Part shown: one piece after another, positions 18,001 through 26,563 of the stretch | Numbering within the stretch: position 1 is the stretch's first letter | Layout: every line of letters starts with the position of its first letter | Virus record (IMG/VR): IMGVR_UViG_3300020204_000006 | Source: a virus | Length of the DNA stretch: 64,000 nt | Direction: 5' to 3' (one strand) | Position numbers and translations under genes: made by a program | The notes under the pieces: model-generated | Databases searched by the model: none | Seen by the model: the letters and a program-made list of their open reading frames with translations, nothing else | What the model was told of the DNA's origin: nothing

Positions 18001-20527
18001 TATTGGCAGATGTGGCAATTATTTTACAAGAACTACTGATGGCAAAGTAGTTACTCTTATAGGAACTTCTAATTTAGCAAGAATATATTACTTAAACTCA
18101 AATAATGAATTTGAAGAAAATTTTGTATCATTGGATGAAGAGGCTGGATCTAGAGTTGAATTTATTTATAGATTTAATAATGGACTAATTGTTGGTGTAT
18201 CTAAGGCAAATGGTTTTGCAAAAATATTTATGTCTACTAATGGGGCTTCATTTTCTCCAGTGGCAACTTTAGATTCAAATGGCGTAAGTCATCCTCATTA
18301 TAATTCAAATACCAGAAAGCTTTATTTTGGCACATACAGGATTTCTTCCAGTGAGTCAACAGGTAGCTTATATTCATTTGATGGTACTAACCTGGAAAGG
18401 TCAATATCTAATATTGACAACGGAATAATGAGTGTGACTGGTTTTGAAAATTTTGTAATATTTGGCACTAAGCAGCCTAATTCTGCAGATTCTAGAATAT
18501 TTAAAGTTCCAGTTGCTCCTACTGTTGGCAACCCAACAATTATACATAATGCTGAAACTTCTGTTATGTCTATAACGTCTATAGGAACTTCTATATATGC
18601 TGGTTTGCAGAGTAGAGGTAAAATAATAAGGTCTCTAAATACTGGTGTTCCATTTATAACTTCTTTCCAAACTTTGAGAAATTTAGATGTAAACAGAATG
18701 GCTACTTTGCAATTCAACAATACAAATAGAATTTTTGCTGCAGTTGATAAAGGTTTGTATGTATTTCAGGGAACTTGGAATCTTAAAGGAAGCTCTTCTC
18801 ATAAAATTATGGATATATTCAAGGACGTAAATGGCAACATAGTGTACGTTACAGAGGGTGATGTTAGAAAAATAATACAGAATGTTCAAAATGAAGTTAG
18901 AATATTTGCAAAACTAATTGATAATGCTGGCAATCAGACTGACATTAATGGTGATCCTGATTCTGATCCAGAGGATGGTTATAATGATAACTTATTCGTA
19001 AAAATAACTCAAGAAACAGAAAATTTTGATTTTGATTCATTTTCAATATCAAATAAAATAATAGAAATAGACGGAGCAAATGGTCAAAAATTAAAAGTTA
19101 TAGATGGAGATGCTCCATTCTATTCTGCTGATAAAATTATGGTAGAAGTTGGAATTTATGAAACAGAAATATTTAATAACACCTCTGGTCACATAACTTG
19201 GGGTAGTATATCATGGGATGTTATAGAGCCGCCCAATACCAGTGTGTATTTTGAAGTAAGAAGTGGTGTTTCCAAGAATGCACTTCTTGCATCCGACTAT
19301 ACTGTAGTTCTTAGTTCTTCTAGTAATAATTATGACCTAAGTTTTATGGAGGGTCAGTATCTCCAGGTTAGAATAGTTTTGAGAAGCGCGTCTCAAGATA
19401 ATCTTGCGCCATCTGTTAGGAGTTTAAGAGTAGTTTCACTTGGAAGTTCAAGTTCAGAGGTATTCACTGTTAATTTTAGTTTACCATCAAAAATTAAGAG
19501 AGGTATTTTAACAAGTCAGAAAGAGCTTCCATTCGGTTCTAGTATTTTATTTGGAATAAATACCACAGATGAGACTTCATTTAGTTCTTATCAGATTATA
19601 CCAGAAAATAGAATATTTTCAACAGATGAATCTCAGTTTGGTAGTAATCTAAGAATAGGAGTTAGGCTATTGACTTCTCAAATCGTTGGTCAAATTGCAA
19701 ATCCTATACCTGACAATGATCCATATTCTTCAGCAATATTTGCAAATTCTATAATATGGTCATATCTAAACGAAGATCCAATTTCTGTGTCTGTTGATTT
19801 TAGGGTTGAGGTATATGAAGACCCAGCTCAATCAAACCTTTTATTTAGTGTTAGTACAATTTCTAGTCCTAATTATTTTAAGGTAGACGGTGAAAATTTC
19901 CCCGTAGGTTCTTCTGCAATAGTAAGGACTGGACAGACTAGATACTTCTCATTTATACCTTATGGTTTGCCTCTTACTTGCGATGAAAATTATTACTGTA
20001 AGATATACATGATATCTCAAAACGATTCTGAACCAACTGAAATAGAATCAAATATTCTACTTAGAAAACAGTGTGGCACTAATTTCTTTAACGTGGTCAC
20101 TTTTGACTTTGTTAATGAATTAGATTTTGCAAATTTTCATTTTAGAGTAAGATTCTTTGCTGATGAGGCAAGAAATAATTTGCTGTATAGTCTTTTCAGC
20201 CAAGTTGATACAAATGGCTGGTCTTACAATGGTTCTTCTTTTCCTCAGAATGGTGTGCCATTGCAAGCTGGAGAAAGAGCAACTATAGAAGTAACTCCAA
20301 ATTTTGAGCAATTCGAATTTGAAGTAAACAAGAGATATTTCCTTTCAATAGATGCAAATGATGGTGAAAAATTTTCATGGAACAATAATAGCTATGTCTA
20401 TCAAGTTTCTCAGACCGGAACTGGTCCTTCTTGCGGTATCTATGAGAATGTACCTGTATTAAGAAGTTTCGCTATGATGTTTGAGCTTGAAAATGGAGAG
20501 CTTATAAAACTTAGACTAGATAATTAA
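12035..20527 (+). CDS. ORF5: 2,830-aa modular virion protein: FnIII/Ig-like domains, two lectin-like domains, BNR/sialidase-like and WD-like propellers, C-terminal paired beta-sandwich modules
   Basis: Long ORF. BNR-type blades (PSSCIDSFGNVHLVFE, PKILVDEYNNMYMSW, PSICIDFDNNVHIVWQD) at about 14920-16130; W..P.NTSVYFEVRSG...GQYLQVRIVL..APSVRSL module at about 19150-19440. Confidence 0.88.
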   Translation: MIPIVKINGSSDILSGVRCRPNDVHISWSFSDYASINFESLKFDLRISGSSDNHGTNSFEGDRFSISNFSASVGSYIFSPSLPLGRNLQYFGQIKFYDNNSSSNWVSFILKVNHTPFVIDAKYLNSTFSIDNDLVIDFQKSREEISVEISWFRNNVLQTNLKNSKIVPSGRISYNDIWYAQILAFDDLEAGIAVSLPAVQIKAETPVVSYLQILPPDPVEEDILEGSYSLIEGLPSGSFGDVIFNDASEIKWYVNDELIETVNNRKFVRLNLRQDDVVYFTVRPENFSNFGSVVKSESKIIQSSGYFVFDMSIDGKFSNPVVSSDQPVIRWKLKKPGNKNPNFFKIIIGTRDGSNDILSFIGKYENDYYTIPAQALKPGARYFVSISVSYDDKNFRNFGKINFYFSGKFWKENVSNQVGYTLLLKSKIHNVGSDEPSQLAGYSMQFSDGVFYYEVIEYLNKTLVIFDTSSKIEFTNNNAQYHETLIGVIGNRFFLFVNGVKKMDSTYLVSSSTQKFITLRSRPDGEKEVALEVEKLNINVDGIFEPGVSSIYAAQSFEERAFFPEGFISSMAAKDNHFIVSVNSFNFKESSKLYKFTPDQNFIDFNLNSTQNQYSNISVDNFTFNGIELSPNGKKLSIYHSRGISIFNDLPVFGWDINTPCSSVVDLEKDGWNLVSSSPRSFRVESSCFEFDTSFANNGKTSFNIFSGSVSVAKIEKNNFFNIVDYSMSYQNNILSITKISGSDEYIDSVSIDLSGKNISDMVSILKNINISSLPDNNIPFGVFYEIFLVEKYSGIPCSRIASFNDSIFDFIDILISDFEDSFDPYAANAYSSINNSYSYLSQNFAGDQWDTLASNKIGYTFKFDVQSLLAEDGLSPNKLNHDGSFGIYLNDGSYKLKIDTLPDSLIVNGIKSSNIDLSSNFSSFHVAVKDGKYRLFNKNVDGWIAIDEGDMESVNVSGIDKDNISCSARSGKKVIFWEESNSDGKLIKFIIKIPGGPWSSPAIAVGPDYYASKPSSCIDSFGNVHLVFEIYANSKSDIGYSVYKNGKWSTPVKIVDQSGSSIGPKILVDEYNNMYMSWIDKKFGKSDIFFCQYNFSQSRWLSSGFSGFDSQVSSSEVEVSNIDHAYKAGNYFVVWSEKNIFGRKKIKLARYNSGSKSWNSAHSGGTDFDVSNIDSKQADFPSICIDFDNNVHIVWQDILNGFNRIYYRQISPGLSSLTVPKIITSVSYNFDCVRPYLSLIDDITDPYTSKNGDLVLNFYKPRNYSVDPYNQEINSSSIENSIQEIYTARWSREYRNWLSSGSKVEEEGGYDTRIVLPETRYVNLFTSPKSIEDIQDIFYLGIDSNIENSSIYLYNIKYDLSFNPGAYSVGIDSYSGFDPDEILVADLNRKSLIFGSSSNSISGKLRFKNIKFSFSESRDPFYIDLIGPTTYNLPDINYVYARPNNYGDVWTKTLKNIIFVSARKNLVFDSSDIKNDNITHFVSSSGFTKSDNINCLKFDSFGNMIVSVKQKLLFSNDHFRFFVLNVTGEGSSVLSKNFNYILEFNDNLVLISDSDIIVIKNYKNSIIQKIPFIDPYESDNIFSINLTLGENLEIVRYPLSSISASINKIYSASSDQNYLWICTNAGVYQIDSKLNSNSYVQQFSDELNFSYPAISVECVDDNLRFFATSNKIFLSSGSSIKSVDTIARYVGIQGSDKDFLQDAELFNINDIKSVKYIDSKNLLIVSSNYIYRLIFKDIYSYQTEYIQIFDRSNINIVFDTNVEQVQNSQSLSEPRQKFVFPPVQDDGEGKYYVEVYLNKKRITRGYRISTKYGIIYFEDKILPNDEVYIKVRKDIRIYNDYSQNRAEIEAFGPKTFSVENLITQNNSIYSVISDGVTDAITTRNEIIKLPYDEVTIDKEPPIAKLRYVEQVGPNTIKLQFIKLEDVDGNLVDYDKVSGISGMVISNYDNFTSDGTNNKPFVPFQEEFLFDVDLGSSSGSVSANLPQGVIGRCGNYFTRTTDGKVVTLIGTSNLARIYYLNSNNEFEENFVSLDEEAGSRVEFIYRFNNGLIVGVSKANGFAKIFMSTNGASFSPVATLDSNGVSHPHYNSNTRKLYFGTYRISSSESTGSLYSFDGTNLERSISNIDNGIMSVTGFENFVIFGTKQPNSADSRIFKVPVAPTVGNPTIIHNAETSVMSITSIGTSIYAGLQSRGKIIRSLNTGVPFITSFQTLRNLDVNRMATLQFNNTNRIFAAVDKGLYVFQGTWNLKGSSSHKIMDIFKDVNGNIVYVTEGDVRKIIQNVQNEVRIFAKLIDNAGNQTDINGDPDSDPEDGYNDNLFVKITQETENFDFDSFSISNKIIEIDGANGQKLKVIDGDAPFYSADKIMVEVGIYETEIFNNTSGHITWGSISWDVIEPPNTSVYFEVRSGVSKNALLASDYTVVLSSSSNNYDLSFMEGQYLQVRIVLRSASQDNLAPSVRSLRVVSLGSSSSEVFTVNFSLPSKIKRGILTSQKELPFGSSILFGINTTDETSFSSYQIIPENRIFSTDESQFGSNLRIGVRLLTSQIVGQIANPIPDNDPYSSAIFANSIIWSYLNEDPISVSVDFRVEVYEDPAQSNLLFSVSTISSPNYFKVDGENFPVGSSAIVRTGQTRYFSFIPYGLPLTCDENYYCKIYMISQNDSEPTEIESNILLRKQCGTNFFNVVTFDFVNELDFANFHFRVRFFADEARNNLLYSLFSQVDTNGWSYNGSSFPQNGVPLQAGERATIEVTPNFEQFEFEVNKRYFLSIDANDGEKFSWNNNSYVYQVSQTGTGPSCGIYENVPVLRSFAMMFELENGELIKLRLDN

Positions 20528-20528
20528 A

Positions 20529-23500
20529 ATGCCAAAATTTACAAAAAATCTTCAGCTCCCATATTTTTATTACGGCGATAGTTATTCTGCTTATTTTGAC
20601 AGACTTAGATTCACATCTATGGATTTGTATTTTAACGGACTTTCTAATTCAATTAAAGATGGCGTTATAGATGGATTTGGTGTTAAAATAAAAGATGATA
20701 ATACTTTGTTTGTTTCTGCTGGTAGTGCATTTATAGATAAAAAATTTAGAGAACTAAAAACAGATAGTGAAATAGCTTTTACAAAAATTGAAGATGCATC
20801 TATTAAGGTTAGATCTAAATACAAGCCTAGTTTTAATACAAATTTGGTACAAAATATAAAGCAGCTATCATTTAAGGATGACATAAATCCTGATCCTCCA
20901 TCAAATGTGTCAGTTAAATTTATTGATTATTTTAGGATAAAGATATCTTGGGAAATTAAAAACAAAGATGTTTCTTATGTAAATGTCTATAGAGATAGTT
21001 ATGATGACGGAGTTGAAGATTTTTCCAGATCTGTTCTTATTCAAACTTCAAATGAAAATATATTTACTGATGATGATGTCGAACCTGGTAAAAAATATAT
21101 TTATTATTTTGAAAGTGTTGATATAAATGGAAATTATTCTAATTCTTATTCCACTACAGACATAGTTGTACCAGATGAAAGCATAACTCCTGATCCACCA
21201 AAATTTATGTCTGTTGTAGTTGGCAATACAAGGGTTCAGGTTATATGGAGTAGACCTTCTTATAAAAATATATCTGGTTATAATATAAAAATAGTAGAGA
21301 TAGATTCATCCTATTCTTCAATAGGAGATGAGATCAGCTATATTGCAGATGACTCGATAAATAATTTTGTTATTAAAAATTTAAAGAAAAACACCAGATA
21401 TAAAATTAAAATATATTCTATATCTAGATCGGGTAAATATAGTGCTTCTCAAGAAAAATTAATAACTACGAAAGAGTTTTCTTTAGAAGATGAGATTTCA
21501 TATATCTATCAAAGTGCTTTAGTTCTTAATGGGTTATTGAGTTTTAACATTAATTGGCAAACATCTTTTGATGAGTATGATGATTCTGATTACGATCCTT
21601 CTGCTACTTATAAATGCAGAATAATAGAACTTGAGCTTTTGACAAACGCTATAAAGTCCACAAGTGATTTTATTCAAATTTTTAACGGTCAAAATTCAAT
21701 ATATCTTACTGGTCTCCCTTTTACTCAATCCGATGGAGCTACTTCAACTGTACCTTTTTCTGAAAAAAGCAGATACTTATTCGGAATATTTAAGATTAAA
21801 GATGGAGTTGTGTCTCCTGGTGTTTTTACTTACCTTGGAGTAATTGACATATTTCCTCCAGAAAAACCCTCTGGTGTTTTTATTGGTTCAAAAGAAAATG
21901 GTTCAATTGATGTATCTATTTCAACCAATAATCCTTCTGATATTAAATTCTTTGATATAGAAATATATGAAGCAAAAATAAACAGTATAATTGAAGACTT
22001 TTCAAATGTTCAGTTAAATAAGTCTATAGAATTTTATTCTATAGAAGGTGGTTCGGGCGCTAATGCAGATTTTGACTCAATAATATCTGAAATATTCAAA
22101 GAGTATTTTGTATTTTCTCTTTCTGATAATGAATTAACAGTAGAGCTTGACACTTCATTTTTACAGACTTTTCAAACTTCTGGACTTGATGTTAATATAA
22201 ATGGCGCAAGTCTGGCAAATCCTGAAATTTATTGGCCGTCAAATGGTATAAAAATAAAATTTTCTCCTAGCGACTCGATAGAATCTTTGTTTTCAAAAAT
22301 AGTTCAAAAGCTTACAACTACTCCTGTTTTAGGAATAGCTTCAGCTTCTTCTATGACCGGGCGTAGAACTGTTTTGTTTTCTCAAATCATTAATATTAAA
22401 AATTTGTTAAATGCCCCATCTGGCATAAACTGTTCATATCTTTATAAATTTTCTAAAAAAAGATTATCAATAAATTCTTCTGCTGTTCCTGCAATTTATG
22501 GAGATCCTAATGTAACTATTTATTCTTTATTTTTAAGTTGGCTTCAACCCGATCAATTAAATAATATAAAAATAAATTACGATCTTTCTAAATTTTCTAT
22601 TGTTGCAAAAAGAAAAGTTAGAGATATAAGTTTAGTAAACTTTAATTCTTCCATAGTTAGACCTGGGTATGCTTACAGGGCTGACGTATATTCAATAGAC
22701 GATTTTAATAACAAGAGTGAAAAGCAAAGCGGTTTTATATATTTAAGTTCATTTGAAGACCTTTTGCCTCCTGAATCTCCCAGATCTCAGTCTGCATATT
22801 TTGTTGCAAACAGAGTTGTTTTTTCTTGGATATATCCATTCACACAGAGAGATATTTCTTATTTTAAAATATATAGATCAACTCAGGAATCTTCTTCATT
22901 TTACTTACTTTCAACGGTAAAAAATAATATTTTTGTTTATGAAGATTATGAGATTGAATCAGGCAAATCATATTACTATAGAGTTTCTGCTGTTGACAGC
23001 TGGGGGAAAGAAAGTCTGAGTGAAAGTATTAATATATCTGGTTTAATATTCATACCAAATTTAAATATTGAGACCAGGTTTGATTTTAATTGTGCAAGAT
23101 TTGGTCAAGATTTGGTTTTTTCTTGGGATAGGATTGATGACTTTGGTGGTGATGGAGTCGAAATTTTATGTAGGTATCCCAATAGTTCTGAATTTATTCC
23201 AATATATAATTCTCAATTCGATAGCGGCGATTTTTCATTGTCAAATATATTTTTAGAAAATGGAAACTATTCTTTTGGCATAAGGAGTATATCAAATCAA
23301 GTTGAGATATTTGTTGATTATTCTGGAGACAGTTCCGGTATAGAAATAGCTAGAGTGGCTAAAAATTTTAATAATTATTACATTGAAGATTCTAGAAGAA
23401 TTTTAAAAAATATGGAAAGCCCTGTTCTAGAAGAAACCGATCTGTTTTTAACTGGTCACGACCATTTATTGACTGATTCATCTGATAAAAGAATTGATCT

Positions 23501-26108
23501 TTCAGAAATATATAGAATATCTGATTGGTCTCCCGTAGACGAAGAAAACTATAAATTTTCCACCAGCACAGATTTTCCAATAAGGTATTCTGGAGTTGAT
23601 TTATATCTTAATGTATTAAAAAATGTAGTTCTATATGAAATAGATTATAATAAAAAAATAATTACTTTTTCTAAGTCGTTATGGCCTAATCAGGGTTCTA
23701 CTTTTAATCCTAACGTACATGTATTTTCTTCTCCCGTATCTGTAGATTTAGTGTTTTTGGGATTTTCTGAAGCATCAGGAGATCTTTCTTACGATAAATT
23801 TGGTCCACTTTTTGCTGAACAATTTGATAGGGGAATTTTAGAAAAAACAAAATTTGATACAGTTGATCACTCTGGAAGAATAAATGAAGAGCTTGTTCCA
23901 CTTCAGTGTATTTGTAGTTCAGAAGATGGATATAAATATATAATATCAAGCAACGAACAGGGCAAAAAACTTTTTGTAAAAGACGGTATTCAGTATTTAG
24001 TTGACGATTCTGGTAGTTCTTCTGATATTTTACAGGATGTTCCAGAGGATGCAGAGCCTTCAAGTTTTAACGTTTATGACAATCCTTTTATATGCTATGA
24101 TGTTTTTGTTGTACCTAATTTTTTCAAATCTTTAATAATATATGCTACAAGTAGGGGAATTTATTATAGTTATAGTTATGATAGTTTTAGTACTAATACT
24201 ATTTTGGCATCAAATCCTCCGTTCGATTTTGGTCCACCAATAAAAATAAAGTACACTCCATTCGGTGGCAGAAACATATTTTCGGTTATACATGCAAGAG
24301 GATTAACCGTGTTTGAGGTTAGTTCAAATGGTAATTTGTCAGAACCTCCATCTATAAATTCAATACATACTGAATTCATAAGTGGTGTAAGTTTTGTTCA
24401 TGACATTGTATTTGAAGATAATGTTTTATATTTGTCAACAAATATTGGTATATATAAATTTGTTGTACAGGTTGTGCAAAATTCAGGATACATACCAATA
24501 TTGACTCAAATGCCAGTTATTTCACTTAGATCCAATGAGGTATTTTCTTGTTTCTTAATAGATGAGCAGTTATTTGCTGTTATGTCATCCGGAGTTTATA
24601 TTTATGATAAATCTGGTATATGGATTATACATTTTAATTTGTATCAAAACGATATTATACAGCAAGTTATTAAAAAATACCAAGAAGGTAAATTGTATTA
24701 TTTTCTTATAGGAAGGCGTAACTTATATAGAATAAGTAAGAGTGACTTGAGTTCTAATGGTGACTTGTTCTATGGAGAATACGGAGTTTCAACAATTTAC
24801 TCTTTTGTTTCAGAGAATATACAATCAGCATGTATATATAAAGAATTTTTAATAGTTGCTACAGACAAAAATTGTTTTATTACCTCGTCATCTACATCCA
24901 TATATGGAAGTCCATCTCTTAAATTTAAAAAATTTGCTCATGGGTTAAAGTATCAGGGAGCGTTTACAAACATTTATTCAATAAAAACTGATACTGGAGA
25001 TACTGGAATTGGTGAACTATATTTTGCTCAAGAGGGCAGGATTATTAGGGCAAAATCTCTATCTAGATTTTCTACATATATTGATTTCCATAATGATAAA
25101 ATTGGAAGATATAAATTCAGCGTGCCATCTTATTACTTAAATGGTTCTTCTTATGAGGACAAAATTTATTTAGAAAATAGTTCTGAACAGTCTAGTTCTC
25201 AATGTGCTATTTACAGTAAATATAAAATAGATTTAACTGACAGATTTTCTTGTGTTAGAGATTATAGTGTTTACTCTTGCAAAAATGGTGGTTGGGCATA
25301 TCATGATTTTGCTTCATCCGTTCAAATAAAACTTAATGGGCGTGTAATAAATGATGGAAGTAGGGCTAAAAAACCATATGAAGAAATATTTAATATGCTT
25401 GATATTTCTCTTGCAAATTTTGATGATAAAATAAGTAATTATATTGTACTTGAAAAGAATTTTGATTCTTTGCAAAAGCATGTTGACTATATGACAACAA
25501 ATAATACCAACGCTCTTAATCAGGTTACCGAAAGAGGCATACACAGGTTCACTAGAAATAATATTAGAAAACTTTTATTTTATATAAATAAAGTTAATGG
25601 CTCAATATATTCTCCTGAAGTTTCTCGAGAAATGGGAATATACAATTCTCTTTTTCTATCATATCCAAATTTTGAAGTTGACATATTGGCAAATGTTTAT
25701 AAAGGAACAGATGGTGATCAGGGAGTTACAGATCAGTTTCTTTCTGATCTTGGAATATCTTTTGAAAATTACTCTGTACCTATAAGGCCCGGTTCTTTGT
25801 GTACATATGATCCAGAAGACAAATCATATTACTTGCCACCAAATGTTCCAATATCTGCTGTATGTGAAAGTTCTATTTCTCCAAATTATCAAATATTGGT
25901 TTCTGATATAGCATTTGGTCTTTCTGATGACATATCTGGCTTGTCTAATTTCTTCACTGGTATTATACCTGGTGGTATTGGTTTGTCTGCTATTGTCGGT
26001 AGGAATAGGGGAGTTGTTGGTGGTACTGATGCTCCAAATTTTGGTGGGATATTAGGTAGTGGTGGTCCAGGAGGAGGAATAGGCGGAGGCGGAGGAGGAA
26101 TATCTTAA
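20529..26108 (+). CDS. ORF6: 1,859-aa fibronectin type III repeat virion protein with beta-propeller region and Gly-rich C-terminus
   Basis: At least four FnIII units (PDPP...ISW...VYR...FTDDDVEPGKKYIYYFESVDINGNYS; PPESP...FSW...FKIYRS...YEDYEIESGKSYYYRVSAVDSWGKES). N-terminal TKNLQLPY...DGVIDGFGV...VSAGSAFID resembles phage tail/baseplate anchor segments; ends GGPGGGIGGGGGGIS. Confidence 0.88.
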   Translation: MPKFTKNLQLPYFYYGDSYSAYFDRLRFTSMDLYFNGLSNSIKDGVIDGFGVKIKDDNTLFVSAGSAFIDKKFRELKTDSEIAFTKIEDASIKVRSKYKPSFNTNLVQNIKQLSFKDDINPDPPSNVSVKFIDYFRIKISWEIKNKDVSYVNVYRDSYDDGVEDFSRSVLIQTSNENIFTDDDVEPGKKYIYYFESVDINGNYSNSYSTTDIVVPDESITPDPPKFMSVVVGNTRVQVIWSRPSYKNISGYNIKIVEIDSSYSSIGDEISYIADDSINNFVIKNLKKNTRYKIKIYSISRSGKYSASQEKLITTKEFSLEDEISYIYQSALVLNGLLSFNINWQTSFDEYDDSDYDPSATYKCRIIELELLTNAIKSTSDFIQIFNGQNSIYLTGLPFTQSDGATSTVPFSEKSRYLFGIFKIKDGVVSPGVFTYLGVIDIFPPEKPSGVFIGSKENGSIDVSISTNNPSDIKFFDIEIYEAKINSIIEDFSNVQLNKSIEFYSIEGGSGANADFDSIISEIFKEYFVFSLSDNELTVELDTSFLQTFQTSGLDVNINGASLANPEIYWPSNGIKIKFSPSDSIESLFSKIVQKLTTTPVLGIASASSMTGRRTVLFSQIINIKNLLNAPSGINCSYLYKFSKKRLSINSSAVPAIYGDPNVTIYSLFLSWLQPDQLNNIKINYDLSKFSIVAKRKVRDISLVNFNSSIVRPGYAYRADVYSIDDFNNKSEKQSGFIYLSSFEDLLPPESPRSQSAYFVANRVVFSWIYPFTQRDISYFKIYRSTQESSSFYLLSTVKNNIFVYEDYEIESGKSYYYRVSAVDSWGKESLSESINISGLIFIPNLNIETRFDFNCARFGQDLVFSWDRIDDFGGDGVEILCRYPNSSEFIPIYNSQFDSGDFSLSNIFLENGNYSFGIRSISNQVEIFVDYSGDSSGIEIARVAKNFNNYYIEDSRRILKNMESPVLEETDLFLTGHDHLLTDSSDKRIDLSEIYRISDWSPVDEENYKFSTSTDFPIRYSGVDLYLNVLKNVVLYEIDYNKKIITFSKSLWPNQGSTFNPNVHVFSSPVSVDLVFLGFSEASGDLSYDKFGPLFAEQFDRGILEKTKFDTVDHSGRINEELVPLQCICSSEDGYKYIISSNEQGKKLFVKDGIQYLVDDSGSSSDILQDVPEDAEPSSFNVYDNPFICYDVFVVPNFFKSLIIYATSRGIYYSYSYDSFSTNTILASNPPFDFGPPIKIKYTPFGGRNIFSVIHARGLTVFEVSSNGNLSEPPSINSIHTEFISGVSFVHDIVFEDNVLYLSTNIGIYKFVVQVVQNSGYIPILTQMPVISLRSNEVFSCFLIDEQLFAVMSSGVYIYDKSGIWIIHFNLYQNDIIQQVIKKYQEGKLYYFLIGRRNLYRISKSDLSSNGDLFYGEYGVSTIYSFVSENIQSACIYKEFLIVATDKNCFITSSSTSIYGSPSLKFKKFAHGLKYQGAFTNIYSIKTDTGDTGIGELYFAQEGRIIRAKSLSRFSTYIDFHNDKIGRYKFSVPSYYLNGSSYEDKIYLENSSEQSSSQCAIYSKYKIDLTDRFSCVRDYSVYSCKNGGWAYHDFASSVQIKLNGRVINDGSRAKKPYEEIFNMLDISLANFDDKISNYIVLEKNFDSLQKHVDYMTTNNTNALNQVTERGIHRFTRNNIRKLLFYINKVNGSIYSPEVSREMGIYNSLFLSYPNFEVDILANVYKGTDGDQGVTDQFLSDLGISFENYSVPIRPGSLCTYDPEDKSYYLPPNVPISAVCESSISPNYQILVSDIAFGLSDDISGLSNFFTGIIPGGIGLSAIVGRNRGVVGGTDAPNFGGILGSGGPGGGIGGGGGGIS

Positions 26109-26109
26109 T

Positions 26110-26562
26110 ATGTCATACAGTAATTCTCAATACCTTGATATGTTTAACACTCTTCTTAGATCTGGTTATTCTAATATGTTTTTTCCTTGGAAATCTGATT
26201 ACCGAGCAAATATATCTGAAAATTTATCTAACATAATAAAAGAATGGGATTCTTTATCTATTCCTGAAAGAAAAGAATTGATTAAAAATATTATAAGAAA
26301 CGACCCAACTTTTAGTTGTTTTAGGCTTTCAACTTGTGTTGACCTTGGAAGTGAATCTTTTGATCCAACCGATGAATCTTTTGATGATTGCGATTTCGAT
26401 GGATATGATGATTGTGTCAAAAAATCTTTTTATCTAAATCGCCTTATTAAATTTATGAATTCTTCAGTTTTTACTAACATAAATGACAGAATAAGTGTAA
26501 ACTATTTTTATCAAAATAAAAATTTTAATTATTCAAAAAAACCTAGAGATTTAAGAAAATAA
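26110..26562 (+). CDS. ORF7: 150-aa hypothetical protein with acidic, Cys-containing core
   Basis: Fits exactly between ORF6 and ORF8 with 1-nt spacers on both sides. Confidence 0.75.
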   Translation: MSYSNSQYLDMFNTLLRSGYSNMFFPWKSDYRANISENLSNIIKEWDSLSIPERKELIKNIIRNDPTFSCFRLSTCVDLGSESFDPTDESFDDCDFDGYDDCVKKSFYLNRLIKFMNSSVFTNINDRISVNYFYQNKNFNYSKKPRDLRK

Positions 26563-26563
26563 C

